The notes: generated from the sequence alone by a model not told the origin. DNA of 64,000 nt from Bdellovibrionota bacterium (GCA_050952645.1 JBMNLI010000017.1:32001-96000), one strand, 5' to 3'. Positions 32,472 to 42,377 are shown, counted from the first letter of the stretch. A program made the numbers and translations.

Positions 32472-32957
32472 ATGTTTGAAGTTATATTTAAAGTTAAGTT
32501 TAAAAACGTATTTAAAAAATTTATACTACTAGCTTTTTTAAGCATGTGTTTTAGTGGTTGCTATGCACTACAAAATATTTTCAATCCTTTTTACGAGCCA
32601 CCAACAGAGCACGCTCTAAAAGGAGAACTTAGCGACCTTGCTATCCAAGAAGGAACGACTAGCACGGGTAGTAGCGCTAGAGATGCCCTAGAGAGTATGG
32701 CAACGTACCAAAGAGCGCATCTACCGCAGCCAAACAACCCTGTTATGAGACCTGCGGTAGTAAGACTTATGTGGATACCAGATCACTTAAACACTCACGG
32801 CGATTTAGTTCCTGCTCACTATTATTATTTAAAAGTTTTAAGTGAAAGATGGGCAGTAACTGATGCGTTCGATTTAGAAAGACAATTAAATACGGGAAGC
32901 AAAGATACATCTAACATACCGTACATAAGTCAAACTGAGAATAAAGGGTATAATTAA
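32472..32957 (+). CDS. traV: TraV-like lipoprotein
   Basis: Lipobox FSGC; P.V.RLMWIPDH...GDL..AHYYYL.V...RW matches the TraV C-terminal motif. Confidence 0.8.
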   Translation: MFEVIFKVKFKNVFKKFILLAFLSMCFSGCYALQNIFNPFYEPPTEHALKGELSDLAIQEGTTSTGSSARDALESMATYQRAHLPQPNNPVMRPAVVRLMWIPDHLNTHGDLVPAHYYYLKVLSERWAVTDAFDLERQLNTGSKDTSNIPYISQTENKGYN

Positions 32958-33005
32958 ATTTTTGCTAGTAAAGTTTTTGTTAGTAAGTTTTTATTAGGTG
33001 CTAAT

Positions 33006-33467
33006 ATGATAAAAAATAATATAAAAATATTTATTTTAATTTTAAGTTTGCTCTTACTAGTAAGTTGCACTCCTAAATATAAAAAACCTTACAATGCTAA
33101 CGATAGAAGAGTTCATATCTTTGCAGTAAGAAAGCACCCACTTCCTCCTACATACAATAGGATAAAAACTGTGCATTTAGCTTCCCCACTTCCTAGTAGA
33201 AGCGAGCACCCGGTGTCTAACAAAGTAATTACTCCAGTTTTTCAATTTGAAGCGCAAGACTCTACTTTTGAAGAGGTTGCTTTAATTTTAGCAAACACTG
33301 CTAAATACTCGGTTTATTGCGACCCGAGTATCGCTAAAAAAGAGGTTTCAATAGTGACTTTAGGAACTATCGATGAAATTGCAGCGGAAATTGAAAGAGA
33401 ACACGGAATTAGAGTAAGAATCGATCACGTAGATAAAGAGGTAAGGTTTTTAGGACGTGGAGAATAA
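33006..33467 (+). CDS. Lipoprotein with secretin N0/STN-like (DotD-like) domain
   Basis: Lipobox LVSC; 'FEAQDSTFEEVALILA....VYCDPSIAKKEVSI...GTIDEI' resembles the N0 beta-alpha pattern. Confidence 0.5.
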   Translation: MIKNNIKIFILILSLLLLVSCTPKYKKPYNANDRRVHIFAVRKHPLPPTYNRIKTVHLASPLPSRSEHPVSNKVITPVFQFEAQDSTFEEVALILANTAKYSVYCDPSIAKKEVSIVTLGTIDEIAAEIEREHGIRVRIDHVDKEVRFLGRGE

Positions 33468-33518
33468 ATGGAAAAGAACTCTAAACTTAGAAAGGTTTTA
33501 TAAAGGAGATTTTTTAAT

Positions 33519-36230
33519 ATGAGTATCTCAAGACTTCAGAAAGAACGATTATTTCATGATGAAGAGTTGTTTAATGATTTACTAACGTATGCAGAGTATG
33601 ATGAAGATTATAGAATTTTCTTTCATTCAGACACATCTTTTTGGGCCATATTTAGGCTCCAACCTCTAGGAATAACTAAAGTATCTGATAGCGATGCTTT
33701 TGCTACCGCTGATGCAATAAAAGAACTCTTTGATACATTCGATAAGAATATGGCAGTGCAAGTAAACTGGATTACAAGTTTTGAAATCGAAGCTCTTCTT
33801 AAAGAGAACCTAAACTCTTATCCTTTAACGGGGCCTGCTGGTTGGATGGCAAGGCGTTGGATTAGAGCCATTAGAAATGCTTCAAATAGTGCAGAGTTTT
33901 CTCTAAGACCTAAAAAATTAGACTTACTATTTTGTTTTAGATACGACCCACAGTGGAAAAGAAGAGACATAGCTGGGCAACTTGCAGAGGGTATGAGATC
34001 TATTTTTTCATTTTCTTCAAATAATATGTCCGCAGATAGAAGAAGACTAGAATATACAGAGCATGCTAATAAATTTAAAGGGATTATGGAAGGAACTGCT
34101 GCGAAACTTTCAGATTTAGGGTTTAGACCTTATCAATTTGAAGCACAAGATTTAATAGACTTAATGTTCCCTCTTTTAAATAGAAGAAGCACAAAGGGCG
34201 GAAAATACAAACGTGGCAGAAATACTAATGTAGCAGTGCCAGTCTATGACCCATTAGAAATACTTTCAAATCAAATTTCAGAAACTAAAGTTGAGCATCC
34301 TGAAAATGGAATTATAAAGAAAGATGGTAGAGTTTACAGAACTGTTTCTATGGTTCAAACACCTAAACAATGTTTACCTCTTATGATAGCTCCGCTTCAA
34401 TCTGCCTCTTATGAAAATATTTTAAGCGTAACTTACTCTAAAGACACTCAAGAAAAACAATTAAAAAAATTAGACCAAAGAGATGCGATGTTAGGATTTA
34501 GAGAACGAACTGCAAGGGGTAGAGCTAACCAAAAAGTTTTACATCAAATTTCTGCTATTCGTGCAGCTAGAGCAGAACTCTACGCTTCACGTTCTCAAAT
34601 AGTGCGAGTTGGTGTGCACCAAACTTTTATTAGCCAAAACGAAGATGAGGCTAAAAGGGCTTCCGCTGAGGCGATAGCTACAATATCTCAGTTAAATGGA
34701 GCTAGAGGTATGGTGCATGATATTTCAGATTTAGCGACCTTTATCCACTCTCTCCCTGCTATGTACGACCCAGAAATGGATGGCGAAGGCTGGACAGTTA
34801 CTATGCGTTCGTCTAGAGCTGCTAGACTGTTTCCTATTTATGGAAACTGGAGAGGGACTAAAGGAAAACAATTTTTGCTTCCGTCTTTATGGAATAGAGA
34901 ACTAGTAGGATTTGATTTATACGATTCTAACATAGCTCCAAACGTTTTAATAAGTGGAGTTTCAGGTTCTGGAAAAAGTTATTTGCTTTGCTATATGCTT
35001 ATAACGCTAGGCAGAGGGCACTTTGCTTCTCTTCCTAATGGAAGAATGGTTGAAAAACCTCCTATTATATTCGTTTTTGACAAAGGCATGACTGGGCAAC
35101 CTTGCGGCTTTGAAAAAGTTGCAAAATTATTTGGAGGAAGAATTTACGAAGCTACTCCATCAAAAGCACCTGCTATGAACTTTCTTGCTAGACTAGGAAG
35201 AACTGCTCCCGACCCTAGGAATGAAGACTACAAAGACTTAATAGATATGTGTGCAGATATTATATGCAACATGGCAGTCGAGGGAGCTAAGCAACCAGGA
35301 AGACTTGAAAAAAACGTAGTGATAGCCTCTCTAGTTGAAGCGCACAGGCTGTATAGAAACGGCCCTATGAGAAGAGAGTTTATTTTAAGTGATGCCGTTG
35401 CGGTGCTTAGAGCCCCTAAAAGAGTCGATGAAGATGAAGATACTGCAAAACGCAGACAACTAGTAGCGATGCTTATCGCCGATTATTACGGCGATGGAAC
35501 TTACGCAAGGTTCTTTGATAGACCTGGCGCTTTAAAATTACAAGAACGCTTTATAGTATTCGATTTAAAAGCGTTAAGTAGAAACCCAGACCTACAAAGA
35601 GTGTTTTTACAAGTAGCGATGCTTTGGGCAGATACCGTGATGAATGACCCTATGGAATTAGACTCGAGAAAAATATTAGTATTCGACGAGGCACACGACC
35701 TGATAGGTAAAACCGCTTCGGGAACCGTGGAAACTGCATTTAGACTTTACAGAAAAAGAAAAGGTATAGTTATAGCTGCATCTCAATCTGGTGAAGACTT
35801 TTATTTAGGAGAAGGTGGGCAAGCGATAGTTCAAAACAGTGCTCATAAAATTTTCTTAAAACAAGACCCTAGTAAATTTCATATGACTGCAAAGGCTTTT
35901 AATTTAACTCCGCAACAAGCAGACGTAATATTAAGGCTTCATACGATAAAAGGATTAGAGTCGCAATTTTATTTAATATCAGACATAGGCGAGTCGGCTC
36001 TCGTGCTTCCATTAGAGCCAGCATTTTATTGGGTAAGCACCAACAATGGTGATGATAACCAAATGTTTGCAGATATGTTAAAACAAAACAATGAAAACTT
36101 TTTAAAAACATTAGAGCAAATAGTTGCTACTGCTCCAAATGGAGCACACGTTTTTAAAAGCAGAATGGATTTAAATAGAGAAAATAGAATAAACAATTTA
36201 AACAGTTATATTGATGATATGGAGAGATAA
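33519..36230 (+). CDS. traC: TraC/VirB4 ATPase
   Basis: FDLYDS..APNVLISGVSGSGKS (Walker A), VFDKG, G.YARFF, FIVFDL, LVFDEAH (Walker B), R.YRK.KG...ASQS, NSAHKIFLKQ. Confidence 0.93.
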   Translation: MSISRLQKERLFHDEELFNDLLTYAEYDEDYRIFFHSDTSFWAIFRLQPLGITKVSDSDAFATADAIKELFDTFDKNMAVQVNWITSFEIEALLKENLNSYPLTGPAGWMARRWIRAIRNASNSAEFSLRPKKLDLLFCFRYDPQWKRRDIAGQLAEGMRSIFSFSSNNMSADRRRLEYTEHANKFKGIMEGTAAKLSDLGFRPYQFEAQDLIDLMFPLLNRRSTKGGKYKRGRNTNVAVPVYDPLEILSNQISETKVEHPENGIIKKDGRVYRTVSMVQTPKQCLPLMIAPLQSASYENILSVTYSKDTQEKQLKKLDQRDAMLGFRERTARGRANQKVLHQISAIRAARAELYASRSQIVRVGVHQTFISQNEDEAKRASAEAIATISQLNGARGMVHDISDLATFIHSLPAMYDPEMDGEGWTVTMRSSRAARLFPIYGNWRGTKGKQFLLPSLWNRELVGFDLYDSNIAPNVLISGVSGSGKSYLLCYMLITLGRGHFASLPNGRMVEKPPIIFVFDKGMTGQPCGFEKVAKLFGGRIYEATPSKAPAMNFLARLGRTAPDPRNEDYKDLIDMCADIICNMAVEGAKQPGRLEKNVVIASLVEAHRLYRNGPMRREFILSDAVAVLRAPKRVDEDEDTAKRRQLVAMLIADYYGDGTYARFFDRPGALKLQERFIVFDLKALSRNPDLQRVFLQVAMLWADTVMNDPMELDSRKILVFDEAHDLIGKTASGTVETAFRLYRKRKGIVIAASQSGEDFYLGEGGQAIVQNSAHKIFLKQDPSKFHMTAKAFNLTPQQADVILRLHTIKGLESQFYLISDIGESALVLPLEPAFYWVSTNNGDDNQMFADMLKQNNENFLKTLEQIVATAPNGAHVFKSRMDLNRENRINNLNSYIDDMER

Positions 36231-36235
36231 GAAAA

Positions 36236-36529
36236 ATGAGATTAAATATAAAAAATATTATTTGTGCTATATTGTTAATGCTACTATGTGCTTGCACTGC
36301 GACTACGCAAAAGCAATCTTCACAAGCATTAGAAATAAAGCATGAAGATAAGCAATACTTAAAAGAAGACCCTGCGGTAGTAGATTATATTTGGGAAGAG
36401 CCGATGGTTGATGTAGTAAAGGTTCCTCCAGGATTAGACCCTGAGGGGATTTATTATAGACCAGAGCATAAGGAAGTTATTGAAATTAGGCAAGGCAAAT
36501 GGCAATATTATAAAAAGCCACAAGAATAA
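36236..36529 (+). CDS. Small lipoprotein, second TraV-like protein
   Basis: Lipobox LCAC; P.V.VV.VP...D.EG..Y.P.H.....I..G.W parallels the TraV motif. Confidence 0.55.
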   Translation: MRLNIKNIICAILLMLLCACTATTQKQSSQALEIKHEDKQYLKEDPAVVDYIWEEPMVDVVKVPPGLDPEGIYYRPEHKEVIEIRQGKWQYYKKPQE

Positions 36530-36699
36530 GAAAATGCTACTAATTATAGTATAAACTTAAAAAAAGGTTTATAATATAAAATTTTATTCGCAATAATTTT
36601 TAAGTTAATATATTTTTTAAGTTAATATATTTTTTAAGTTAATATGGTTGCAAGTTTTTTTTATTATAAAAACGAACTTGCGCTTAAAGGGAATTTAAT

Positions 36700-37047
36700 A
36701 TGGGACTTATAAAAACTGTTTTTTCGCCTTTTACTAACACGACGCCACTAGTAACGATTATTTTAGTAGTTATACTAGTAGCAGTTTTTAGATTTTCAAA
36801 TGGAGGCATAAAGGTAGAAGATGCTAAGAATGTAAATGCTATAAAGGCTCAAAACGTAAAAATGGTAAAAGAAACTAAAAGAAATGATAGTTTGCCTAGC
36901 GAAGGGACTATAAAAATAGATGCCAAAGAGTTTGAAAGCATGTTAAGGCTTAGGAAACCTAAAGAACGTGTAGAAAACAATGTAGAAAAGGAGGATAAGC
37001 CTGTAAACACATTCGACTCCATAGAGGCAGATTTAGGCTTAAGGTAA
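36700..37047 (+). CDS. Hypothetical single-pass membrane protein
   Basis: N-terminal TM, 115 aa, AAGGG RBS-like sequence. Confidence 0.6.
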   Translation: MGLIKTVFSPFTNTTPLVTIILVVILVAVFRFSNGGIKVEDAKNVNAIKAQNVKMVKETKRNDSLPSEGTIKIDAKEFESMLRLRKPKERVENNVEKEDKPVNTFDSIEADLGLR

Positions 37048-37110
37048 TTAACTTTAAATAATTAAATTTAGATAATTAACTTAAGAAAATTGATTTTGAT
37101 AATATAAAAT

Positions 37111-37638
37111 ATGAATGAAAAGAGATTTATAATATACAAAACTTGGAAAAGTGAATATAAGCTCGTCATACTATCGTTTGTTAGTATGTTTCTTTCTATA
37201 TTTTTATCGAACCAATTTCCTGCAACAGTGCTTACTGTAAAGCTATTTCAAATAGGAAAAGAGATGCTAATTTTATCGATCCCTATTTTTTGGTTGCCAG
37301 CAGCTTTTTTTCTTCTTTGGGCACTTATTAGAATTTATAATGTTAGATATAGCATGACTGCAAAAGGCTTAGAAATAATAGTCGGCATTTTAGCTATAAC
37401 TAAGCGTTCAGTGAAAATAAGATATGAAGATATTAGAAGTGTTGAAACTGAGCAAACTATAATAGAAAGGATTTTAAATATTGGCACCGTTGAAGTTGGA
37501 ACCTCAGCAACGGGCGGTATTGAAATCGTATTTGAGGGAGTCGACTCTCCGCAGGAGCTACAAATACTTATACAAAAAGAAAAAGGGAGACGTTTAGCGC
37601 TTCACCAATCTAGCAAAGGATTTACATCTAATGAATAA
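37111..37638 (+). CDS. Membrane protein with bacterial PH (bPH_2) domain
   Basis: Two TMs then Y.MT...L.I..GIL.....I.YEDIRSV...Q.IIERILNIGTVEV.TSA. Confidence 0.85.
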   Translation: MNEKRFIIYKTWKSEYKLVILSFVSMFLSIFLSNQFPATVLTVKLFQIGKEMLILSIPIFWLPAAFFLLWALIRIYNVRYSMTAKGLEIIVGILAITKRSVKIRYEDIRSVETEQTIIERILNIGTVEVGTSATGGIEIVFEGVDSPQELQILIQKEKGRRLALHQSSKGFTSNE

Positions 37639-37689
37639 GATTGATGAATAAGATTGATGAGTAGGATTGATGAGTAGGATTTAAAAAAA

Positions 37690-38811
37690 ATGAATAGAGT
37701 GTTTATATATAAAATATTAGTTATTTGTAATTTAGTAAGCATACCGCTCGTACTCTCTATTGCAAATGCTCAAGAAAATATCGACTTAGAGCGAACCTTA
37801 AGCGAAGAAAGAAGAATTTTAGAGCAACTAAATATTTTAAAGAAAAATAATATAAATAACGATTCAAATAATAATTTAAATAATAATGCTTTAGATAACG
37901 CTCCTCCTCAACCTACACTAAATTTAAAAGAAATAAATGTTAAAGACTTAGATAAAGAAAGCATAAATAAAAAAGACACAAATTTAAAAAATACAAAAGC
38001 TACTCCTAAGCCTACAAAAGTTATAAAAATAGAAACACCAACGAAAAACGATGCAAGCGTTAGTAAAAATATCGTTAATAAAAATAAAAATATAGCGACG
38101 CCATTTCCACAAAAAGTTATAACTCCTAGTAATACGGATATTAGTAATATAAATACTAATAACACGAATACTAATAGTGCCAATACTAATAATGCTAATA
38201 ATAATAATACTAATAATATAGCTACAAACCAAGTTTTAGGTGAGCAAAATTTTAAAGAAAACGATTGCATTAAAGAAAATAAGCAACTAGAGCTAGCAAA
38301 TCAAAAAATAATAGAGCTTACTTCGGAACTAGAAAACAAGAAGAGGCAACTTATTTTAGTTGAGACCGAGGTTGAAAGACTATCTGAAATTATCGAAAAA
38401 AGAAATCGAGCTCAGTTAGGAAGTGCTACTAATAATCGCCCGTCTACTACCACTCAAAGCATTCCCGATAAACAAAAGCAGATAAGCGATATAAGAAAAT
38501 CACTAAGTGAGATAGATGCAGAGAGAGCAGATATGCCGATAATAGTAGTAAATGTAAGCAAAGCAAATTTAAGAGCAGGTCCTAGCTTAAGGGATTCCCC
38601 TTTACTAGAAGTATCTAAAGGAACTAGGCTAGTCGTTGAAACTAGGCAAGGCTCTTGGTATAGGGTAATAGCTCCAAATGGAAAGCGTGCATGGGTTTCC
38701 TCGGATGTGGTCGATTTTGGCCCTACTTCAAGCTCTAGACCATCTTATACAACGAGAATAAAAGGATATAACCAAGATGTTGAGGATAGGACGGAAAGTA
38801 TATTTAGATAA
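37690..38811 (+). CDS. Secreted coiled-coil protein with C-terminal SH3b domain
   Basis: Signal peptide, Asn-rich linker, coiled coil, ANLRAGPS....GSWYRV..PNGKRAWVS. Confidence 0.82.
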   Translation: MNRVFIYKILVICNLVSIPLVLSIANAQENIDLERTLSEERRILEQLNILKKNNINNDSNNNLNNNALDNAPPQPTLNLKEINVKDLDKESINKKDTNLKNTKATPKPTKVIKIETPTKNDASVSKNIVNKNKNIATPFPQKVITPSNTDISNINTNNTNTNSANTNNANNNNTNNIATNQVLGEQNFKENDCIKENKQLELANQKIIELTSELENKKRQLILVETEVERLSEIIEKRNRAQLGSATNNRPSTTTQSIPDKQKQISDIRKSLSEIDAERADMPIIVVNVSKANLRAGPSLRDSPLLEVSKGTRLVVETRQGSWYRVIAPNGKRAWVSSDVVDFGPTSSSRPSYTTRIKGYNQDVEDRTESIFR

Positions 38812-39277
38812 AATTATTTATATTTTCTTATTAGCCATATTTACTACTAACTATTCTTATAGTTCGGAACCTTTCGTAAATCCCATAATGAGTGCAAGAC
38901 TATCTTCTAATTACGGACTACGTATACATCCAATAAAAAAATATAGCTCTTCTCATAGGGGCATAGACTTAGCAGCTCCTATGGACTCTCCTATTAGAGC
39001 AGCACAAAAAGGCATAGTCGTTTTTGCAGATAGGTATGCAGGATATGGTAATTTAGTAGTTATTCGCCATAAAGACGGCTTAACTACCCATTATGGACAT
39101 TGCTCTACGCTTTTAGTAGAACCGGGAACTTTCGTAAGGGCTGGTGCTATTATAGCTAGAATAGGTAGCACTGGAACTTCAACGGGGCCTCATTTACATT
39201 TTGAAACGAGAAAGAACGGCATCCCTTTAAATCCGCTAAAAGTTTTTCCCGATTTACTTACTCCTGCTAAAGGGTAA
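38777..39277 (+). CDS. M23 family metallopeptidase
   Basis: HRGIDLAAP, GYGNLVVIRH, THYGH, STGPHLHFE. Confidence 0.93.
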   Translation: MLRIGRKVYLDKIIYIFLLAIFTTNYSYSSEPFVNPIMSARLSSNYGLRIHPIKKYSSSHRGIDLAAPMDSPIRAAQKGIVVFADRYAGYGNLVVIRHKDGLTTHYGHCSTLLVEPGTFVRAGAIIARIGSTGTSTGPHLHFETRKNGIPLNPLKVFPDLLTPAKG

Positions 39278-39278
39278 G

Positions 39279-39743
39279 TTTTGGTTCTTCACGTTTTAGG
39301 TGGGTTAGCTTAAAAGAAAATTGGAGCTAGCTTTAGCTAGCGGAGATTTTCTTTTGGGCTTCGTCGATAAGTGATACTAATTTTAAGATCTAAAACCCAC
39401 CCTTAAACGTGAGGAAGCATTTTGGTTCTTCATGTTTTAGGTGGGTTAGAAAAATTGTTTTGGGGTTAGCTTAAAAGAAAATTGGAGCTAGCTTTAGCTA
39501 GTGGAGATTTTCTTTTGGGCTTCGTCGATAAGTGATACTAATTTTAAGATCTAAAACCCACCCTTAAACGTGAGGAAGCATTTTGGTTCTTCATGTTTTA
39601 GGTGGGTTAGAAAAATTGTTTTGGAGGTTAGCTTAAAAGAAAATTGGAGCTAGCTTTAGCTAGCGGAGATTTTCTTTTGGGCTTCGTCGATAAGATGGCA
39701 CTAATTTTTTAGAATTTAAAACCACCCTAAAACGCACAAGAAC
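39279..39743. repeat. Three tandem copies of a 141-163 bp palindromic (MITE/REPIN-like) unit
   Basis: Units start at 39279, 39420 and 39581 (TTTTGGTTCTTCAYGTTTTAGGTGGGTTAG); each has imperfect terminal inverted repeats and an internal AAAAGAAAAT..GCTAGC-TTTA-GCTAG..ATTTTCTTTT hairpin. Confidence 0.9.
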
Positions 39744-41475
39744 GTTTTTTTATTTCTTCTTTTAATTTTACAATAAAATCTTCTAAAGGAATAGTTTCTT
39801 GTATTTCCTTTCCTCTTTCACGCACAGTTACGGAGTTTTCTTCTAGTTCCTTAGCGCCTAATATAAGCGTGTATTGCACTCTTTTTGGGATACTAGCTCT
39901 AATCTTATATCCTATTTTTTCATTAGAAAAATCTTTTTCAATGTAAAATCCCTCATTTCTTAAAGCATCGTATACTTTTTGCCCATAATCGTTAAAACTT
40001 TCAGATACTGTAAGGATATTTACTTGACAAGGTGCAAGCCACAAAGGGAATTTCCCTTCACAGTTTTCTATAAGAATTCCTAAAAATCTTTCGACGGAGC
40101 CAAATAGGGCTCTATGAATCATTACAGGTCTATGTTTTTGATTATCTTCACCGACATAAGAGATATCAAACCTTTCTGGCAAGCTCATATCTACTTGCAC
40201 AGTTCCACATTGCCAGCTTCTTTGCAAAGTGTCTTTTAAATGAAACTCTAATTTAGGACCATAAAAAGCGCCTTCTCCCTTACTAATTTCAAACTTAAAA
40301 TTATGTTTAGTAAGTGCATCTAAAAGTGCCTTTTCCGTGGTATCCCATATTTCATCGGAGCCTATCCTATTTTCAGGTCTAGTAGCTAAATAAATTGAAA
40401 CATCATTAAAACCAAAATCTTTATAAATATCTAAAATTAGTTTCGTTGTATCTATGCATTCTTTTTCTAGTTGCTCTAAAGTGCAAAAAATATGTGCATC
40501 ATCTTGAGTAAACTCTCTTAAACGCATCAAACCTGCGAGCGTTCCGCTAGCTTCATATCTGTGAACTTTTCCAAACTCTGCCATTTTTAAAGGTAAATCT
40601 TTATAAGATTTTAATCCTTGTTTATATATAAGCACTCCGCCAGGGCAATTCATAGGCTTTATACAAAACACTCTCCCATCTTGAGTAGTTCCTGAGTAAT
40701 TATGAGCTCCGTATTTTTCCCAATGTCCCGAAGTTTCCCAAAGCACTCTATCCATTACAGATGGAGTTGCAACTTCTATATACCCATTTTCTTCCTGTCT
40801 TTTTCTCATATATTCTATAAGCGACCTAAATATTCTAAGGCCATTATTATGCCAGAAGATAGCCCCTGGAGCGTATTCGGGATCGAAATGAAATAGCCCC
40901 ATTTCCTTTCCTATTTTTCTATGATCTCTTTTTTTAGCTTCTTCTAGCATAAATAAGTAAGCATCTAAATCTTTCTGAGAGTGAAAAGCTACTCCGTAAA
41001 TACGTGTAAGCATTTTATTGTTAGAATCCCCGTGCCAGTAGGCTCCAGCGACGCTCATAAGTTTAAAGGCTTTGATCTCTTGAGTGTTATCTACGTGAGG
41101 CCCTTGACATAAGTCTACGAAACTTTCACCAGTATAATAAAGAGACGCTTTCTCTCCTCTTTTTTCTATCTCATTTATCCAGTCTAGTTTATATTCATTA
41201 TTTTTGAAAATTTCTCTAGCTTCATTTACAAATACTTCTTTTCTTATAATTTTATCTTTTCTTTCGATAATTTTTCTCATTTCTTTTTCGATTTTTTGCA
41301 AATCTTCTAAGCCTATCGACACGCCTTCTTCAAACTCGAAATCACCATAAAAGCCATCTTCCGTAGCAGGTCCCATAGCCATTTTAGTATTAGGATAAAT
41401 TTTTAGTATCGCCTCTGATAACACGTGTTCGCAAGAGTGTCTAAGCGCCATAAGCTCATTATTTTTACTTTTCAT
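39727..41475 (-). CDS. thrS: Threonine--tRNA ligase (short form without N-terminal TGS domain)
   Basis: RHSCEH editing motif, DLCQGPH, RDHRKIG, KPMNCP, FTQDDAH, AFYGPK, MIHRA. Confidence 0.97.
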   Translation of the reverse strand: MKSKNNELMALRHSCEHVLSEAILKIYPNTKMAMGPATEDGFYGDFEFEEGVSIGLEDLQKIEKEMRKIIERKDKIIRKEVFVNEAREIFKNNEYKLDWINEIEKRGEKASLYYTGESFVDLCQGPHVDNTQEIKAFKLMSVAGAYWHGDSNNKMLTRIYGVAFHSQKDLDAYLFMLEEAKKRDHRKIGKEMGLFHFDPEYAPGAIFWHNNGLRIFRSLIEYMRKRQEENGYIEVATPSVMDRVLWETSGHWEKYGAHNYSGTTQDGRVFCIKPMNCPGGVLIYKQGLKSYKDLPLKMAEFGKVHRYEASGTLAGLMRLREFTQDDAHIFCTLEQLEKECIDTTKLILDIYKDFGFNDVSIYLATRPENRIGSDEIWDTTEKALLDALTKHNFKFEISKGEGAFYGPKLEFHLKDTLQRSWQCGTVQVDMSLPERFDISYVGEDNQKHRPVMIHRALFGSVERFLGILIENCEGKFPLWLAPCQVNILTVSESFNDYGQKVYDALRNEGFYIEKDFSNEKIGYKIRASIPKRVQYTLILGAKELEENSVTVRERGKEIQETIPLEDFIVKLKEEIKKRSCAF

Positions 41476-41700
41476 ACGAATATATGCTCCTAAATATATG
41501 CTCTAAAAAATATATGCTGTAAGAATTATTTTTTGACAAACAATCTTTATTTTACTACTTTAAAGACTTATATTGCAAGATAGAACAAAGACTAAAATTG
41601 TATAAATTAAACTAGACAGAAAAATTTATTTATCTAGAATCTATTTGTCTAGAATTTATTTATATTAAATAATTTTTTTGATAATGAGAGCTATTTTAAA

Positions 41701-41910
41701 ATGCGTAAATATAAAACTTATGATATAGAATTTAAGAAGGGTCTAGTTAAAATAGTTGAACAAGGCAAAACAATTAGTGAAGTAAGCAAAGAGTACAACA
41801 TTGCCTGTTCTACATTAAAGGAGTGGGTTAAGCGCTACTCAACAATAAAAATAAATGGTGAAGAATTAACATTAGATAAGTTTAAGGAGATAACTTCAAA
41901 GACTATTTAA
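41701..41910 (+). mobile_element. IS3-family transposase OrfA (HTH) remnant; no OrfB
   Basis: YDIEFKK.LV.....GKTISEVSKEYNI..STLKEWVKRY matches the IS3 OrfA HTH; TG...ACTAGACA at 41599-41618 may be a left end; no DDE ORF follows. Confidence 0.72.
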
Positions 41911-42377
41911 CTTACGATTCACGCATTTATACTTAAGAATAAAAAACTTTAGGAAGTTAAAAAATAAATTAACTTAACCTATTTCTAGCCTTATCTTCTA
42001 CCCGATATATATATAAACATTTAAGTATTACACTTAATATTTAGCTAAAAAATTATTTTTTAATTTCTTAACTAAGTACTAAATAATAGCTTTTAAACGA
42101 TTTATAAACAAACTATAATATTGAAATATTATTTATTGTTAGCGAATTGTCAAATTAAACTAGATTCTTAAAATTATAAGAAATGATAAAACTTTTAAAT
42201 TAAGAAAACAAATTATTATAGAAAGAGAGAAGATAAAACTTAAGGCAGGTAGCCACAAACCCTATTCTCTCTCTTTACTTATATCGACTTATACCGTGGC
42301 GCTTACGCTTGGGCAATTAGGCGAAGTCGTACTTGTCCCCGTCTCGTCGTCTAGCGAAGTCGGCAATCGGCAAAGGG

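Noticed and set aside
39279..39743. CRISPR array
   Set aside because: Units are near-identical over their whole length with no unique spacers, and no cas genes are present.
39727..41475. thrS as a 5'-truncated pseudogene
   Set aside because: Has an AGGAG RBS before the ATG and intact editing and catalytic motifs; ThrRS forms without the TGS domain are known.
19209..41910. ICE or genomic island integrated at tRNA-Leu and carrying the T4SS
   Set aside because: No integrase, no duplicated tRNA 3' end found, no relaxase, and composition matches the flanks.
42001..42008. Sigma-28 promoters from CCGATA-like boxes (also at about 9339 and 28120)
   Set aside because: No correctly spaced TAAA -35 element.
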